Below, piece by piece: positions 25,865-36,680 of a DNA stretch of 64,000 nucleotides. Below the pieces are notes generated by a model. The model saw only the letters and a program-made list of their open reading frames with translations, did no database searches and had not been told where the DNA came from. The position numbers were made by a program, and so were the translations under genes. The DNA comes from Chiloscyllium plagiosum (taxonomy: Eukaryota). The DNA lies in the NCBI RefSeq assembly GCF_004010195.1, contig NC_057719.1, forward strand, positions 43,502,619-43,566,618, given 5' to 3'. Each line of letters starts with the position of its first letter. The first letter of the stretch is position 1.

Positions 25865-25892
25865 CTGAAGAAGGGCCTGTGCCCGAAACGTC
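25865..25892 (+). ncRNA. Minimal hammerhead ribozyme core
   Basis: CTGAAGA-A-GGGC(CTGT)GCCC-GAAA-CG-TC; palindromic ACGT stem III; weak stem I. Confidence 0.6.
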
Positions 25893-25988
25893 GAATCTCC
25901 TGTTCCCTGGATGCTGCCTGACCTGCTGTGCTGTTCCAGCAATAAAGTTTCAACTTTGATCTCCAGCATCTGCAGACCTCACTTTCTC
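25868..25988 (+). mobile_element. Solo PLE pseudo-LTR with hammerhead
   Basis: Perfect 14-bp TSD CACCATGAATCCTG (25854-25867, 25989-26002). Confidence 0.8.
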
Positions 25989-26169
25989 CACCATGAATCC
26001 TGCTTAACCAGTACCAACTGAAAATGGAAAACTCTTTTGTGTAATATTTTTGTACAGCTGTTTTGTCTTCAATCACTTTCCCTGAATGTGGACTTATTTT
26101 ATTCTTTGTGGAGATTCTAAATCAAGACAGTTGCTTTCCAATGGCAATGTGTTTTATTAAAGCTTGTTT

Positions 26170-26490
26170 TAGTAATTCATAAGATATGGATGTCACTTGC
26201 TAGGTCAACATTTATTCCATCTTTAATTGCGAAGAAAGCATTTAAGAGTCAATAACAGTCCTGTGGGTCTGGAATTGCTATCAGTCAAACCAGGTAAAAA
26301 ACATGAAATTTAATTCCCTAAATGAAAATAGTGAATGAGATGGATTTTTAAAATCTGACAATTGACCATTTCATTGTCATTATTAGACCCTTAGTTCGAG
26401 ATTTTTTTTATTGAATTCAAATTCCATATTTTGTTATGGCGGAATTTGAACCCAAGCGCCCAGAACATTACTTGGATCTCTGAATTATCA
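26170..26490 (-). mobile_element. tRNA-derived SINE
   Basis: Reverse-complement homologue of 32770-33350 and same orientation as 35600-35935; B-box-like GGTTCAAATTCC. Confidence 0.6.
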
Positions 26491-27593
26491 CTTGAGGAGG
26501 AGAACGTTGTTGTATGAGTATGATTCTTGATATTAGCTATTGATGGGTGCAAGATATATTTGCACCATCACAAGTATTTTTGAAGAACAGACCAAATAAC
26601 CTCACCCACTATTAAACCACAAAACGACAAAACAAGAGTACTCTTACCAGGTCGTTGGAGAAAAAGTTCAATAATGAACTAATACCAGATTTATTTTTCA
26701 TTGAAAAATATATTGATACCAAAAGAAGTGGTTCAGTGCATTGTTACAAATTAATCATTTAGGATTATTTTAAATACTTAAATATAAAGGTTTCAAGTTA
26801 ATTTTGCTTAATTTTTCTACTAGTGCAAACTTTACAAATCCCTCTTCACAGCCCTCTCCATTGAATAGTTCATCACACTACCCACCAAAAATGCTCACAG
26901 GAAGATACATCAGGTACTTTCCTGGTTTGTGTATCTAACACTTTTTAATAACGTAATCAAAAACATTTAAAGCAAAGGTAACTGCACCCAGGTTCGATGA
27001 ATTTAAAGAGGGTATAGCTGACTCAAAAAAGAGGACCGCCTGCTATTTGATGAATTATTGTATTTTACTTCAGCTAGAACAGGAGCATGACACCACAAAT
27101 GGCTTCAGTACCTTCTGATATGGAGGCGAAATTCCTCAGGATTCTCACTTTGAACCACTATTCAGCACTGTTTGATTAATGCAGACATATGCACATCAGC
27201 TGAGAAAAGGACTGACTCAGCTTTGATGCTCCCATTACTCAAGAGGCTACAAGTGCTCAGCTTTATGGTTGATCCATGAGTAATGGGAAAGGGACTAGGA
27301 GGTTAAACTCCAAATGTGAAATGCATTTCAGAAGTCAAAAAGGTTCAAGGTAGGAAGAATGAGAACTAGAAATACTGTTTTCTTTAGAAATCCAAATTAC
27401 ATTGTATAATACTTAACATGTGTAGAATATATTGAGTATTTGTTGTGTAATAGGCCATTTAGTCTTACAGCAGTACATTACACAAGGCTCCTCCTATCTT
27501 GCTTTCCTTCACTCTATAAACTATATATCTATTCCTTTCTTCCTCAGCATTTATCTAGATTTCCATTAAATGATTGATGCTATTCGCCACAAC

Positions 27594-28012
27594 TCAGTCA
27601 TAGAGATGTACAGCATGGAAACAGACCCTTCGGTCCAACCCATCCATGCCGACCAGATATCCCAACCCAATCTAGTCCCACCTGCCAGCACCTGGCCCAT
27701 ATCCCTCCAAACCCTTCCTATTCATATACCCATCCAAATGCCTCTTAAATGTTGCAATTGCACCAGCCTCCGCCACTTCCTCTGGCAGCTCATTCCATAC
27801 ACGTACCACCCTCTGTGAAAAGGTTGCCCCGTAGGTCTCTTTTATATTTTTCCCCTCTCACCCTAAACCTATACCCTCTAGTTCTGGACTCCCCGACCCC
27901 AGAGAAAAGACTTTGCCTATTTACCCTATCCATGCCTCTCAATTTTGTAAACCTCTATAAGGTCACCCCTCAGCCTCCGGCGCTCCAGGGAAAATAGCCC
28001 CAGCCTGTTCAG
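27594..28012 (-). mobile_element. CR1 LINE 3' end
   Basis: High similarity to 49414-49810; reverse complement of 60740-61150. Confidence 0.9.
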
Positions 28013-28324
28013 CTACTTGACAACCCAGTCTTTCATCTTTAAATAAGAATTTCGAATCAGGCCATTACTCAATGTCATGATCATGTCTCTTGCCTGGCCT
28101 GTTTGCCAATGCCATTTTTATCATGGGTGGCAGTTGCAGGCCAGTGTGAGGGCTGCCATTTCTTGTAAGAGGCAGAAACTGAGAGATGGGTGTGGAGGCC
28201 TACACAGCTGGGTTAGACATCTTACCTGGGATACTTGAAACATCAGTGAGTAAGCGGACCTCTTAAAAACCTTACCTTCTTATCCCCCATGATAACCCTC
28301 TCCTTAGCTCTCACCCTCTCAGAC

Positions 28325-28535
28325 GATTTAGAAACAGTTTCTACCCTACTTTTGTTATAATACTGAATGGACTCTCAAACTCTTAACATTCGCCTGTACC
28401 TGTGTTTTTGTTTTTGCTGCTGTTTACCTGTTATTTACTTATCTATGCTACTTAACCTTGTGATCTGTCTGTATTGCTCGCAAGATAAAGCTTTTCACTG
28501 TGCATCAATACACGTGACAATAAATTCAATTCCGA
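28325..28535 (+). mobile_element. Rex1/Babar-like LINE 3' end
   Basis: RFRNSFYP...LNG relic followed by a 3' UTR ending CAATAAATTCAATTC. Confidence 0.55.
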
Positions 28536-29455
28536 TGCATCTTCATACCACCTCAGTCCCCCCAAAGCACCACACTCCTACTATGCCCACGTAGCCAGTA
28601 TCACTATGTTTCAAACTTCTGAGCCCGATGATAGCATTTGGAAGCCTTTTAGATGTTCTAGATAGAGTCAAAACAGTCATTCAAAACCACTTTAAAAATC
28701 GATCCTTTTAGATGATAATGAAACAGTCAAATTAATTCATGGCGCCCTCGACAGCTATATCAACAACCCATTCTATTCTAAAATCCAATGGGGGGGGTTG
28801 GGGCTGTTGGAAATCAGCCAAGCATTCATAATAGAGTCCACTGCACTATATTATTAAACCCCCAAAGCTGATAGATTAACACCTTGCTCTGAAAGAGGTC
28901 AGCCACGTGAAGCACAGGACTGGTGTTTGGGCAGCATCACAAAAATAAAAATCACATCATTGGCAAAATTAGTGTCAAGTCTGAATACTATTATTGGTCA
29001 ATGTCGAAAACACTTGTTCATTGGATAAAATACTCTTTACACTTCTCTACTGTCACGATGTTGGTCATTTGCTTTTTTTTAAATAAGAAAGCCCCACGGT
29101 ATTTAAATATATTTCACATGCTATAAGTTACTATATTATGATCTGTAAAGTTGTCACTTTGTGAACTTACCTGACAAAAGGTTCCTGACTCCAGACTAGA
29201 GATCCTTTGTGGCTCATAACTCCAATGAATTATTACGAATGATGTCATTTTCCATAACTAATCCAAGAGCATGAAAAAAGTGGGGCATTTAAAATGCTCA
29301 CCTTTTCAATGGAGCCGGTAATGGTATTAATACTGTGTGTGGTCTCTGTCTACCCAGATCTCTATCCCGCTCCCTTACAAATTCCATACAATGGTAATTT
29401 TCAATACAAACTCAAATAGAAGTAGTATAAATAGCTTGAAATATGATTTGTAAAA

Positions 29456-29461
29456 TTTATT
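29456..29461 (-). terminator. Candidate L2HGDH polyadenylation signal AATAAA
   Basis: TTTATT on the plus strand, about 335 nt downstream of the stop codon; usage unverified. Confidence 0.45.
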
Positions 29462-29796
29462 TTCATACAAAGTTTTATGGTTATTTCAATTTGTAGCAGT
29501 TTAAGTTAATATAATTCTCTGTTAATAATTAGCTATTGGAACCTTTCACATATGCAAATAAGGCACATCTGAACTGGGCTGGAGAAGAGCTGCCTCCTTT
29601 GATTAAATTCATAAATAAAAGTCTGAGTAATGAATTTCAGTGCAATAGTCTTCAGTAGGACTCAATGGTGTAGAAGGGTAAGAGAAAGCACACCCAATAA
29701 CAAGGAATTCAGATATTCATCTGACTTACTAAGTTTTTGCCATATTTGGTTGTGCGTAATTTATCAACATTTTGGAAAACATAAACATGTAAAATA

Positions 29797-29992
29797 TTAC
29801 AACTTAAATTTCTTCTCTGCTTCATCAGCAATAATTTCACCAATAGCTAAGGATGAAGTAGCTGCAGGAGAAGGAGCATTTCGAACATGAAGAACACGGC
29901 TCCCAATAGCACCAGAACCTCCATCAAACACAAAGTCATCCACAAGATTGCCATCTTTGTCCAAGGCTTGGGCTCTCACTCCAGATGGTCCC
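29797..29992 (-). CDS. L2HGDH: L-2-hydroxyglutarate dehydrogenase exon 10 (last coding exon)
   Basis: Acceptor ttctgcag; (R)[64 protein letters not shown]; 196 nt including stop. Confidence 0.97.
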
Positions 29993-30759
29993 CTGCAGAA
30001 CACAGCATACTCTAGAGATCAATTAAATTACAGCAGAATACAAACTAATCCATATATGTAAAGATTACTCTGGCTTTCAATTTAAATTATACAGTATGCT
30101 AATTAGATGCATCAGATAACATAATGTTATCAGTTCTAGTCTTCCTTTTGCAGAAATCAAAATTGAAGTCTCTGACTATACATAAAATCAATGAGATTTT
30201 ATATCTGTGTTATGACTAAGATTATTAATTCCATAGTTTACACCGATTCTCACGAACAAATATTACAAATCCTGAATATTCAATTGTATATGTTGACAGG
30301 ATTATTTCCCAAAATCATAAGCCAATATTGAAGAAAATTACAGATCAAAATCTTGAATATCAGATTGATACATATCAAACTCCTTCAATGCATTCTTGAG
30401 AAATGCTTTTTCTAATTTTGTATGCCCAACCTTAGAATTATGCACTTTGCTTTCCACTATCCCTTATAACTGGGACAATAGAACAATCTGGGTTACTATA
30501 AATCTTTATTTTGGTAACGTGTAATTACCCAACATGATGTAGTTTGCAAAATGGGAAAATTCTGAATGTTTCTTCCACCACGTTAAATGCCACTGCATTT
30601 AATGGCTCATGGGAACAGGAGCAATTTGACTCGAGAGACTGTTCCACCATTCAATGAGATCATGGCTATTCAGTGACCTAACTTTACATACTTACCCTTG
30701 CCCAAAATCTCTTAATACGTTTGATTAATGAAAATCTATCAAACTCAGATTTAGAATAA

Positions 30760-30963
30760 AAAGAAAACAGAAATTGCTGTAAAAGCTCAGCAGGTCTGGC
30801 AGCACCTGTAGAGAGAAATCAGAGTTAACATTTCGGGTTGAGGGATCTTTCTTCGGAACAGAATGTTCACTCAACTCTGGGTTCTATCCACAGATGCTGC
30901 CAGACCTGCTGAGCTTTACAGCAACTTCTGTTTTGTTTCTGATTCATCTGCAGCTCTTTTGGT
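30760..30963. mobile_element. Fold-back PLE-derived element inserted in an old LINE 3' end
   Basis: Perfect 15-bp TSD TCAGATTTAGAATAA (30745-30759, 30964-30978); inverted arms AAACAGAAATTGCTGTAAAAGCTCAGCAGGTCTGGCAGCA / TGCTGCCAGACCTGCTGAGCTTTACAGCAACTTCTGTTT. Confidence 0.8.
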
Positions 30964-31211
30964 TCAGATTTAGAATAATTTGATGTATCACCAACTGTTG
31001 TCTGTGGATGGGAATGCTAAACTTCTACCACACTTTGTATGTAAAAACATTCCCTAACTTCACTTACAAAATATGCGTGGCTTTAATTTTCAGGGTACAT
31101 CTTGTAATTCTACATTCCCCAATGATTTAAAATACTTTGTCTATCCACCCTAACATTTCCCTTAAATTTCTATCAAATTGCCCTTTAATTTTCTAAATTT
31201 CAATATATATC

Positions 31212-31410
31212 AGGGATCAGTTAGCTCAGCTAGACGGATGGCTGGTTTGTGATGGATAGTGACATCAACAGTATGGCTTCAGTTCCTGCGTGGCTGCCAT
31301 GAACGGTCCTATGTCCTCAATCCCTTTCCTCACCTTAAGCATGGCTACCCTCAAGTTAAACCATCATCAGTCAACTTGGTTGCAAAAGATAGCGTGGTCC
31401 TCTCGGATTT
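31212..31410 (+). mobile_element. tRNA-derived SINE (second family)
   Basis: A-box-like GTTAGCTCAG head; minus-strand homologues at 46905-47122 and 49072-49235 (shared ACCCTCAGGTTAAAC-like core). Confidence 0.55.
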
Positions 31411-31895
31411 CTTTTTTGTTTGTTCATTCCTGGGACAGGAAGCATCGTTGACTGAGTCAGCATTATTGCCTGTCCCGAGTTGCCCTTAACATGGTGGTGA
31501 GATGCTTTCTTGAAGAACTGCAGTCCATGTGCTGTAGGTAGACCCACAATGTCCTGACAGAACCATTTCTAGATTTTGACCCAGCGACACTGAAGGAATG
31601 GAGATGTATTTGCAAGCCAGAATGGTGAATGGCTTGGAGAGGAACTTCAGGTTGTGTTCTCTTAAGGCCACTTTACAATTTATATTTGTATAGCACCGAT
31701 AACATAAAATCTCAAGTTCTAATTCTGTCATCTTACTTCCAACATTTCCCACCCAGTGAAAACATTTTCTTGGCATTGACCTATTAAGCCTTTTAAGAAT
31801 TTCATATGCTTTGGTTAGAACATTTTTCTATAGAACACAGGCCAAGTTGAAATCTATTCAAAGGACAATTCCATCATCCCAGGAATCAGTCTAGA

Positions 31896-32019
31896 TAATT
31901 TTACTTCACTCCCTCCAGCACAGGTATTTTCATTTTATGTAAATACCTAAGGATAACTTCATACTTAGGAATTTACATAAAATGAAAATACCTGTGCTAG
32001 AGGGAGTGAAGTAAAATTA
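31896..32019. repeat. Near-perfect inverted repeat (56-bp arms, 12-nt loop)
   Basis: 31896-31951 versus 31964-32019 with 2 mismatches. Confidence 0.95.
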
Positions 32020-32525
32020 CATACTTTACCATGTTATATTTCATTTGCTATGTTCTTGCTCATTCACCCAATCACTTCACATTGTCTCTATGACCTCTTC
32101 ATTCCTTATATCCCGCAGCAAACTTTATTGTCCAACTCTTGTTGCATACAGGAACAGACATCAATAACAGAAGCAGTTGTGAATGCTCTTAACATGTATA
32201 ACTGGCAGTAAATGTCACTACTTCTGACCTTTTGATATTGACTGCTCATTGATGAAGCAGTTGAAGATGGTTGAGCTTAGAACACTGCCTTAGGTACTCC
32301 ACCAATGGGCCACAGCTATATAATTGGCCTCCTAAAATCCTTTGCACTAGGTATGATTCCAACCATTAATGAGATTTTCCTACTTGCCACTGACGTCGGT
32401 TTTCTTAGGGCTCCTTGATGCTATACTCAGTCAAAAGCTGCTTTGGTGACAAGAGCAGTACTCTTCTCACGTCTGAAATTCAATTTCTTTGTCCATGTTT
32501 GCACTCAGGCTATAACAGAAGAGGC

Positions 32526-32752
32526 TAGGAGAAAGTGAGGACTGCAGATGCTGGAGTACCAGAGTTGAAAATTGTGGTGCTGGAAAAACACAGCAGGCCA
32601 GGCAGCATCCAAGGAGCAGGAGAATCGACGTTTTGGGCATAAGCCCTTCTTCAGGAATAGGGCTGAAGAAGGGCTTATGCCTGAAACGTCGATTCTCCTG
32701 CTCCTCGGATGCAGCCTGGCCTGCTGTGTTTTTCCAGCAACACATTTTTCGA
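32526..32752. mobile_element. Fold-back PLE-derived element with back-to-back hammerhead cores
   Basis: Perfect 16-bp TSD CTATAACAGAAGAGGC (32510-32525, 32753-32768); plus-strand core CTGAAGAAGGGCTTATGCCTGAAACGTC (32663-32690); minus-strand copy has GAAA changed to AAAA. Confidence 0.85.
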
Positions 32753-32769
32753 CTATAACAGAAGAGGCA

Positions 32770-33350
32770 ACAACCTAGTGGCATTATCACTGGTCAGTTA
32801 ATCCAGAGACCAGGTAATGTTCCAGGGACTTAGGTTTGAATCCTACTATGACAAATGGTGAAATTTGAATTATTAAAATTTGGAATTTGGAGTCTAATGA
32901 TGACCATGAAACCATGTCAATTGTTGGGGTAAAATTCCATCTGGTTCACTAATGTTCTTCAGGGAAGGAAACTGCCAACCTTTCCTGGTCTGACAAGCAG
33001 GAAGCTGGAAGAATACAGCAAGCCAGGCAGCATCAGGAGGTGGAAAAGTCAACATCTCTGGTGTAACCCTTCTTCAGGACCTGAAGAAGGGTTACACCCA
33101 AAATGTTGACTTCTCCACCTCCTGATGCTGCCCGGCCTGCTATGTTCTTCCAGCCTCCTTCAAGTCTACCTTGAAATCCACCATCTGCAGGTTTTCGGCT
33201 CTAACATTGTTCCTTGGTCTGACCTACATGTGATTCCAGACCCACAGCAATGTGGTTGACTCTCAACTGTCCTCTGAGCAATTTGGGATGGGTAATAAAT
33301 ACTGGCCTGATCAGTGACACCAACGTCCCGTGAATGAATAAAAATAAAAT
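32770..33350 (+). mobile_element. tRNA-derived SINE with a nested fold-back element at about 32991-33205
   Basis: A-box TAGTGG and B-box GGTTTGAATCC head; LINE-like tail ending AATAAAAATAAAAT; nested palindrome centred on CCCTTCTTCAGGACCTGAAGAAGGG. Confidence 0.7.
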
Positions 33351-34201
33351 AATAAGATAGTTATAATGTTGGAGGATACTGATGTAAATATTGCTGTGTG
33401 CTAATTCAGAGCATCTGATTCAGAAAAGATTGATGGGACAGAGACTGACTAGTTTGAATTTGTAGTGCTTTTTGTGGACAGAACAAACCTGGATAATTTT
33501 TCATGTTAAAACACTGACATCTACATAATAATTATACTTGAATAGCTAGGGAAGAGGCAGAAGTAATTCTGCAGCACCCCAGCCTTTTCTGAATCCACTG
33601 TGTTCAGCTATTTCTGTGTCATGTACAGGCTGACTTCTGCAATGGTGCAGACATCAGGAGAAGGCCAAGATACATAATCTGTTCAAAGCCTACTGCTGTT
33701 TCTGTTTCTTGGGCTGTTGTCCATGGTTTCTGTCTTTGTTGACTTGATCAACCTTTTTTTTCTGTTCCCAATATCTCTTTCTCTCTTTGGGAACACATGA
33801 CAATTGAAATATAATATTGAAAAGTGCAAAGTTTTCTTCTTTAGTGGGAAACAAAAAATGCTGAATATTTGTTGACTGGAAATGTGTGAATTCAGAGAAA
33901 GTCAGGTGATCTTATATATGAAGTACAGAATTTAAATGCAGGTTCAGCAAGCAATTAAGTTAATTTATGTATTAGCTTTTGTTGCAAAGGGATTGCAGTA
34001 TAAATATAAAGAAGTCTTACTACTGCAATTATACAAGGCGTTAGTGAGGTCACACCCAAGATAGTGTCTCTAATTTTATATAAGGAAAGCCATATCTGCT
34101 TTGAAGGAAGTACACAATGTTAACTAGACTAGTTCCTGAGATGGAAATGTGTTGCTGGAAAAGCGCAGCAGGTCAGGCAGCATCCAGGGAACAGGAGAAT
34201 C

Positions 34202-34229
34202 GACGTTTCGGGCATAAGCCCTTCTTCAG
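34202..34229 (-). ncRNA. Minimal hammerhead ribozyme core, sense to L2HGDH pre-mRNA
   Basis: Minus strand reads CTGAAGA-A-GGGC(TTAT)GCCC-GAAA-CG-TC. Confidence 0.65.
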
Positions 34230-34324
34230 GAATGGGGAAAGTTTGTCCAGCAGGCTAAGATAAAAGGTAGGGAGGAGGGACTTGGGGGAGGGGCGTCGGA
34301 AATGTGATAGGTGGAAAGAGGTCA

Positions 34325-34401
34325 NNNNNNNNNNNNNNNNNNNNNNNNNNNNNNNNNNNNNNNNNNNNNNNNNNNNNNNNNNNNNNNNNNNNNNNNNNNN
34401 N
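34325..34401. other. Assembly gap (77 N)
   Basis: Run of N. Confidence 1.
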
Positions 34402-34559
34402 GACGATGGAGGAGTCCAAAGACTTGCATATCCTTGGTGGAGTGGGAGGGGGAATTGAAATGTTGAGCTACAGGGTGGTTGGGTTGGTTGGTCCGGGTGT
34501 CCCAGAGGTGTTCTCTGAAACGCTCCGCAAGTAGCCGGCCTGTCTCCCCAATTTCCAAT

Positions 34560-35340
34560 GGGGGATTGACAAAATGTCACATGGACTGACTGTCTCCAGA
34601 GTGCTTTTTGAACAAAATAAAAATCTGCAAATGCAAATCACCCCATAGACTTGTATGTGCATGCGTGCATGCGCGCGCGTGTGTGTTTGTGTTTTTGATT
34701 CAGTGCATGTGCGGGTGTGACTGAGTATATGCCTGTGGGTGTGTGTGTGTGTAGGGGTGTGTGGCTGAGAATGCGCATGTATATGACTGTAACATTTGTG
34801 CACACAATCAAGCATGCACATACACACACTCTCACCCCCCCCCCCCACACACACACACACATACAACTCCATGGGGTGGATTTGCTTTTCAGATTTGTAT
34901 TTGCAGATACATTCTATTTTGTTCAAAAAGCACACAATCTGTAGGCAGTCAGTCCATGTGACATTTTATCAATTCCTACTTTGGAAACAGAACCAATCTG
35001 ACTCAAGGTTGGAAAGACAAACTCTAACCTCACACCTTTCATGCATTGTCTGAACTGAGATGTCACCTTTTTTCATAAAACTTTAAGTTTTCTTGGGAAT
35101 GTGACTTGAAGGAAATTCAGGGATTTACATATTAAAGAAATGAAACCTGCAACCCCATGCTAAGTTATTAAAGACTTAATAGCGATCCAGTTTTGTTCAA
35201 TACTTCACATCAGTTGTATGACACTTTGATCTTTTACTATAAATTCTATATCCTAAGATCCTGCCTCACTAGCTACCTGACAAAGGAGCAGCTTGTACTT
35301 CCAAATAATCCTGTTGGACTATAGTCTGATGTTGTGTGTA
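34560..35340 (+). mobile_element. Non-autonomous PLE-family element with inverted 5' duplication around (TG)n/(CA)n tracts
   Basis: 34562-34660 is the reverse complement of 34855-34975; 3' part homologous to 52712-53170. Confidence 0.65.
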
Positions 35341-35599
35341 TATTTAAGGCAGAGACCAATAGATTTTGAGGTACTAGGTGAATCAAGACATATCTGGCAA
35401 GTGCAGGGAGAAAGAACTGAGATAGAATATTTGGCATAATATTGCTGAATGGAAAAGGGGAGGGGGAAATGGAGGAACATCTTCAGTAATTCAGAGTCAT
35501 ACCCAGCAAAAGGGAAGACAGTGGAGGTTGTTAGACAGCAACAGGTTAAGTCTTGGATATTGATACAGGTGTTCATTAATTACCTTCACTAGATTTTTT

Positions 35600-35935
35600 G
35601 TTATTCTTTCATGGGATGAGGCCATTTCAGGCTAGGCCAGCATTTACTGTCTATCCCAGAGAGCAGTTATGAGTTAACCACATTACTGTGGGTGTGGAGT
35701 CACATGGAGACTAGATCAGAAAAAGATAGTTTTCTTCCCAGAAGAACATTAGTGAACCAGACGGGTTTTTCTGACAATTGACAATGGATTCATGGTCATT
35801 ATTGGTCTCTTAATTCCATATTTTTTTACTGAATTCAAATTCCACCATCTGCCATGGTAGGAATCAAACCTAAAATATTAGCTCATTCTCCGGATTAACA
35901 GTCCAATGATAATACCACTAGGTCATTGTTTCCCC
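35600..35935 (-). mobile_element. tRNA-derived SINE
   Basis: Reverse-complement homologue of 32770-33350. Confidence 0.65.
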
Positions 35936-35989
35936 CATAAAGTTAGATTAATTAATTCACATTGCTCTGTTACTAAAGCACTCTAGAGC

Positions 35990-36680
35990 AATATACAGCA
36001 AAGCAGAAAACATTCAAGTTTGAGCTGATAAGTGATATTCAGCCACCACAAGTTCCAGGCAATAGTCATCTCTAATGCGAGATAATCTAATCATTCACTA
36101 CGTGCCACTATCACTGAATCTTCCACAATCAACATCCTGGGGCATACCACTGGTAAGAAACTTAACTGGACCCGGCATATAAATACGTCTACAAGACCAT
36201 GTTAGGGATTATTCTGAGACAATCAACCTTCTCACCTCCTAAAGCTTATTTACTATCTAAAAGGCATAAGTGAGGAGTATGATGGAATAGTCTTTACATT
36301 GATTGGATGACTATACTCCAAGACGAAGCTTTTCAATTGACTGACACTAATCTACTGACTCGTTCCACAGTGATGGCAGTGTGCAACATCTATAAGATGC
36401 ACTGCAGCAACTGACCAAAGCTTCTTCAATAGCACCTTCCAAATGCAACACTTATACTATTTGGAAAAACAAGGACAGCAGATGTATGGCAACACCATCT
36501 CTAACTTTTCCTCCAAGCAACACACCATCCTAACATCACTGCTCCTGGGTCAATATCTTGGAACCCCTTTCCTCATAGCACTGTGAGTCTATCAATACCA
36601 CAGTTCAAGGAGGAGGCTCATCTCCACCTTCTCCAGGGTAATTAGATGTGGACAATTGCCAGTAAAGCTCACATTTCATG
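35990..36680 (+). mobile_element. Old CR1/L2-superfamily LINE 3' fragment
   Basis: VRSMMEY-like RT C-terminal relic; tail GGGTAATTAGATGTGGACAAT shared with 56655-56825 and, in reverse, with 25475-25810, 31415-31660 and 63185-63640. Confidence 0.55.

Larger units (their letters stand above)
34146..34558 (-). mobile_element. Young Penelope-like element 3' end (GIY-YIG and pLTR), spanning an assembly gap
   Basis: IGETGRLLAERFREHLWDTRTNQPNHPVAQHFNSPSH (GIY-YIG endonuclease); CpGs intact; Ns at 34325-34401. Confidence 0.85.

Noticed and set aside
32770-32850. tRNA gene
   Set aside because: A/B-box head only, no cloverleaf, and it continues into a SINE body; the same applies to 31212-31290.
34468-35053. 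ORFs rich in H/T or C/V
   Set aside because: Translations of (CA)n/(TG)n microsatellites.
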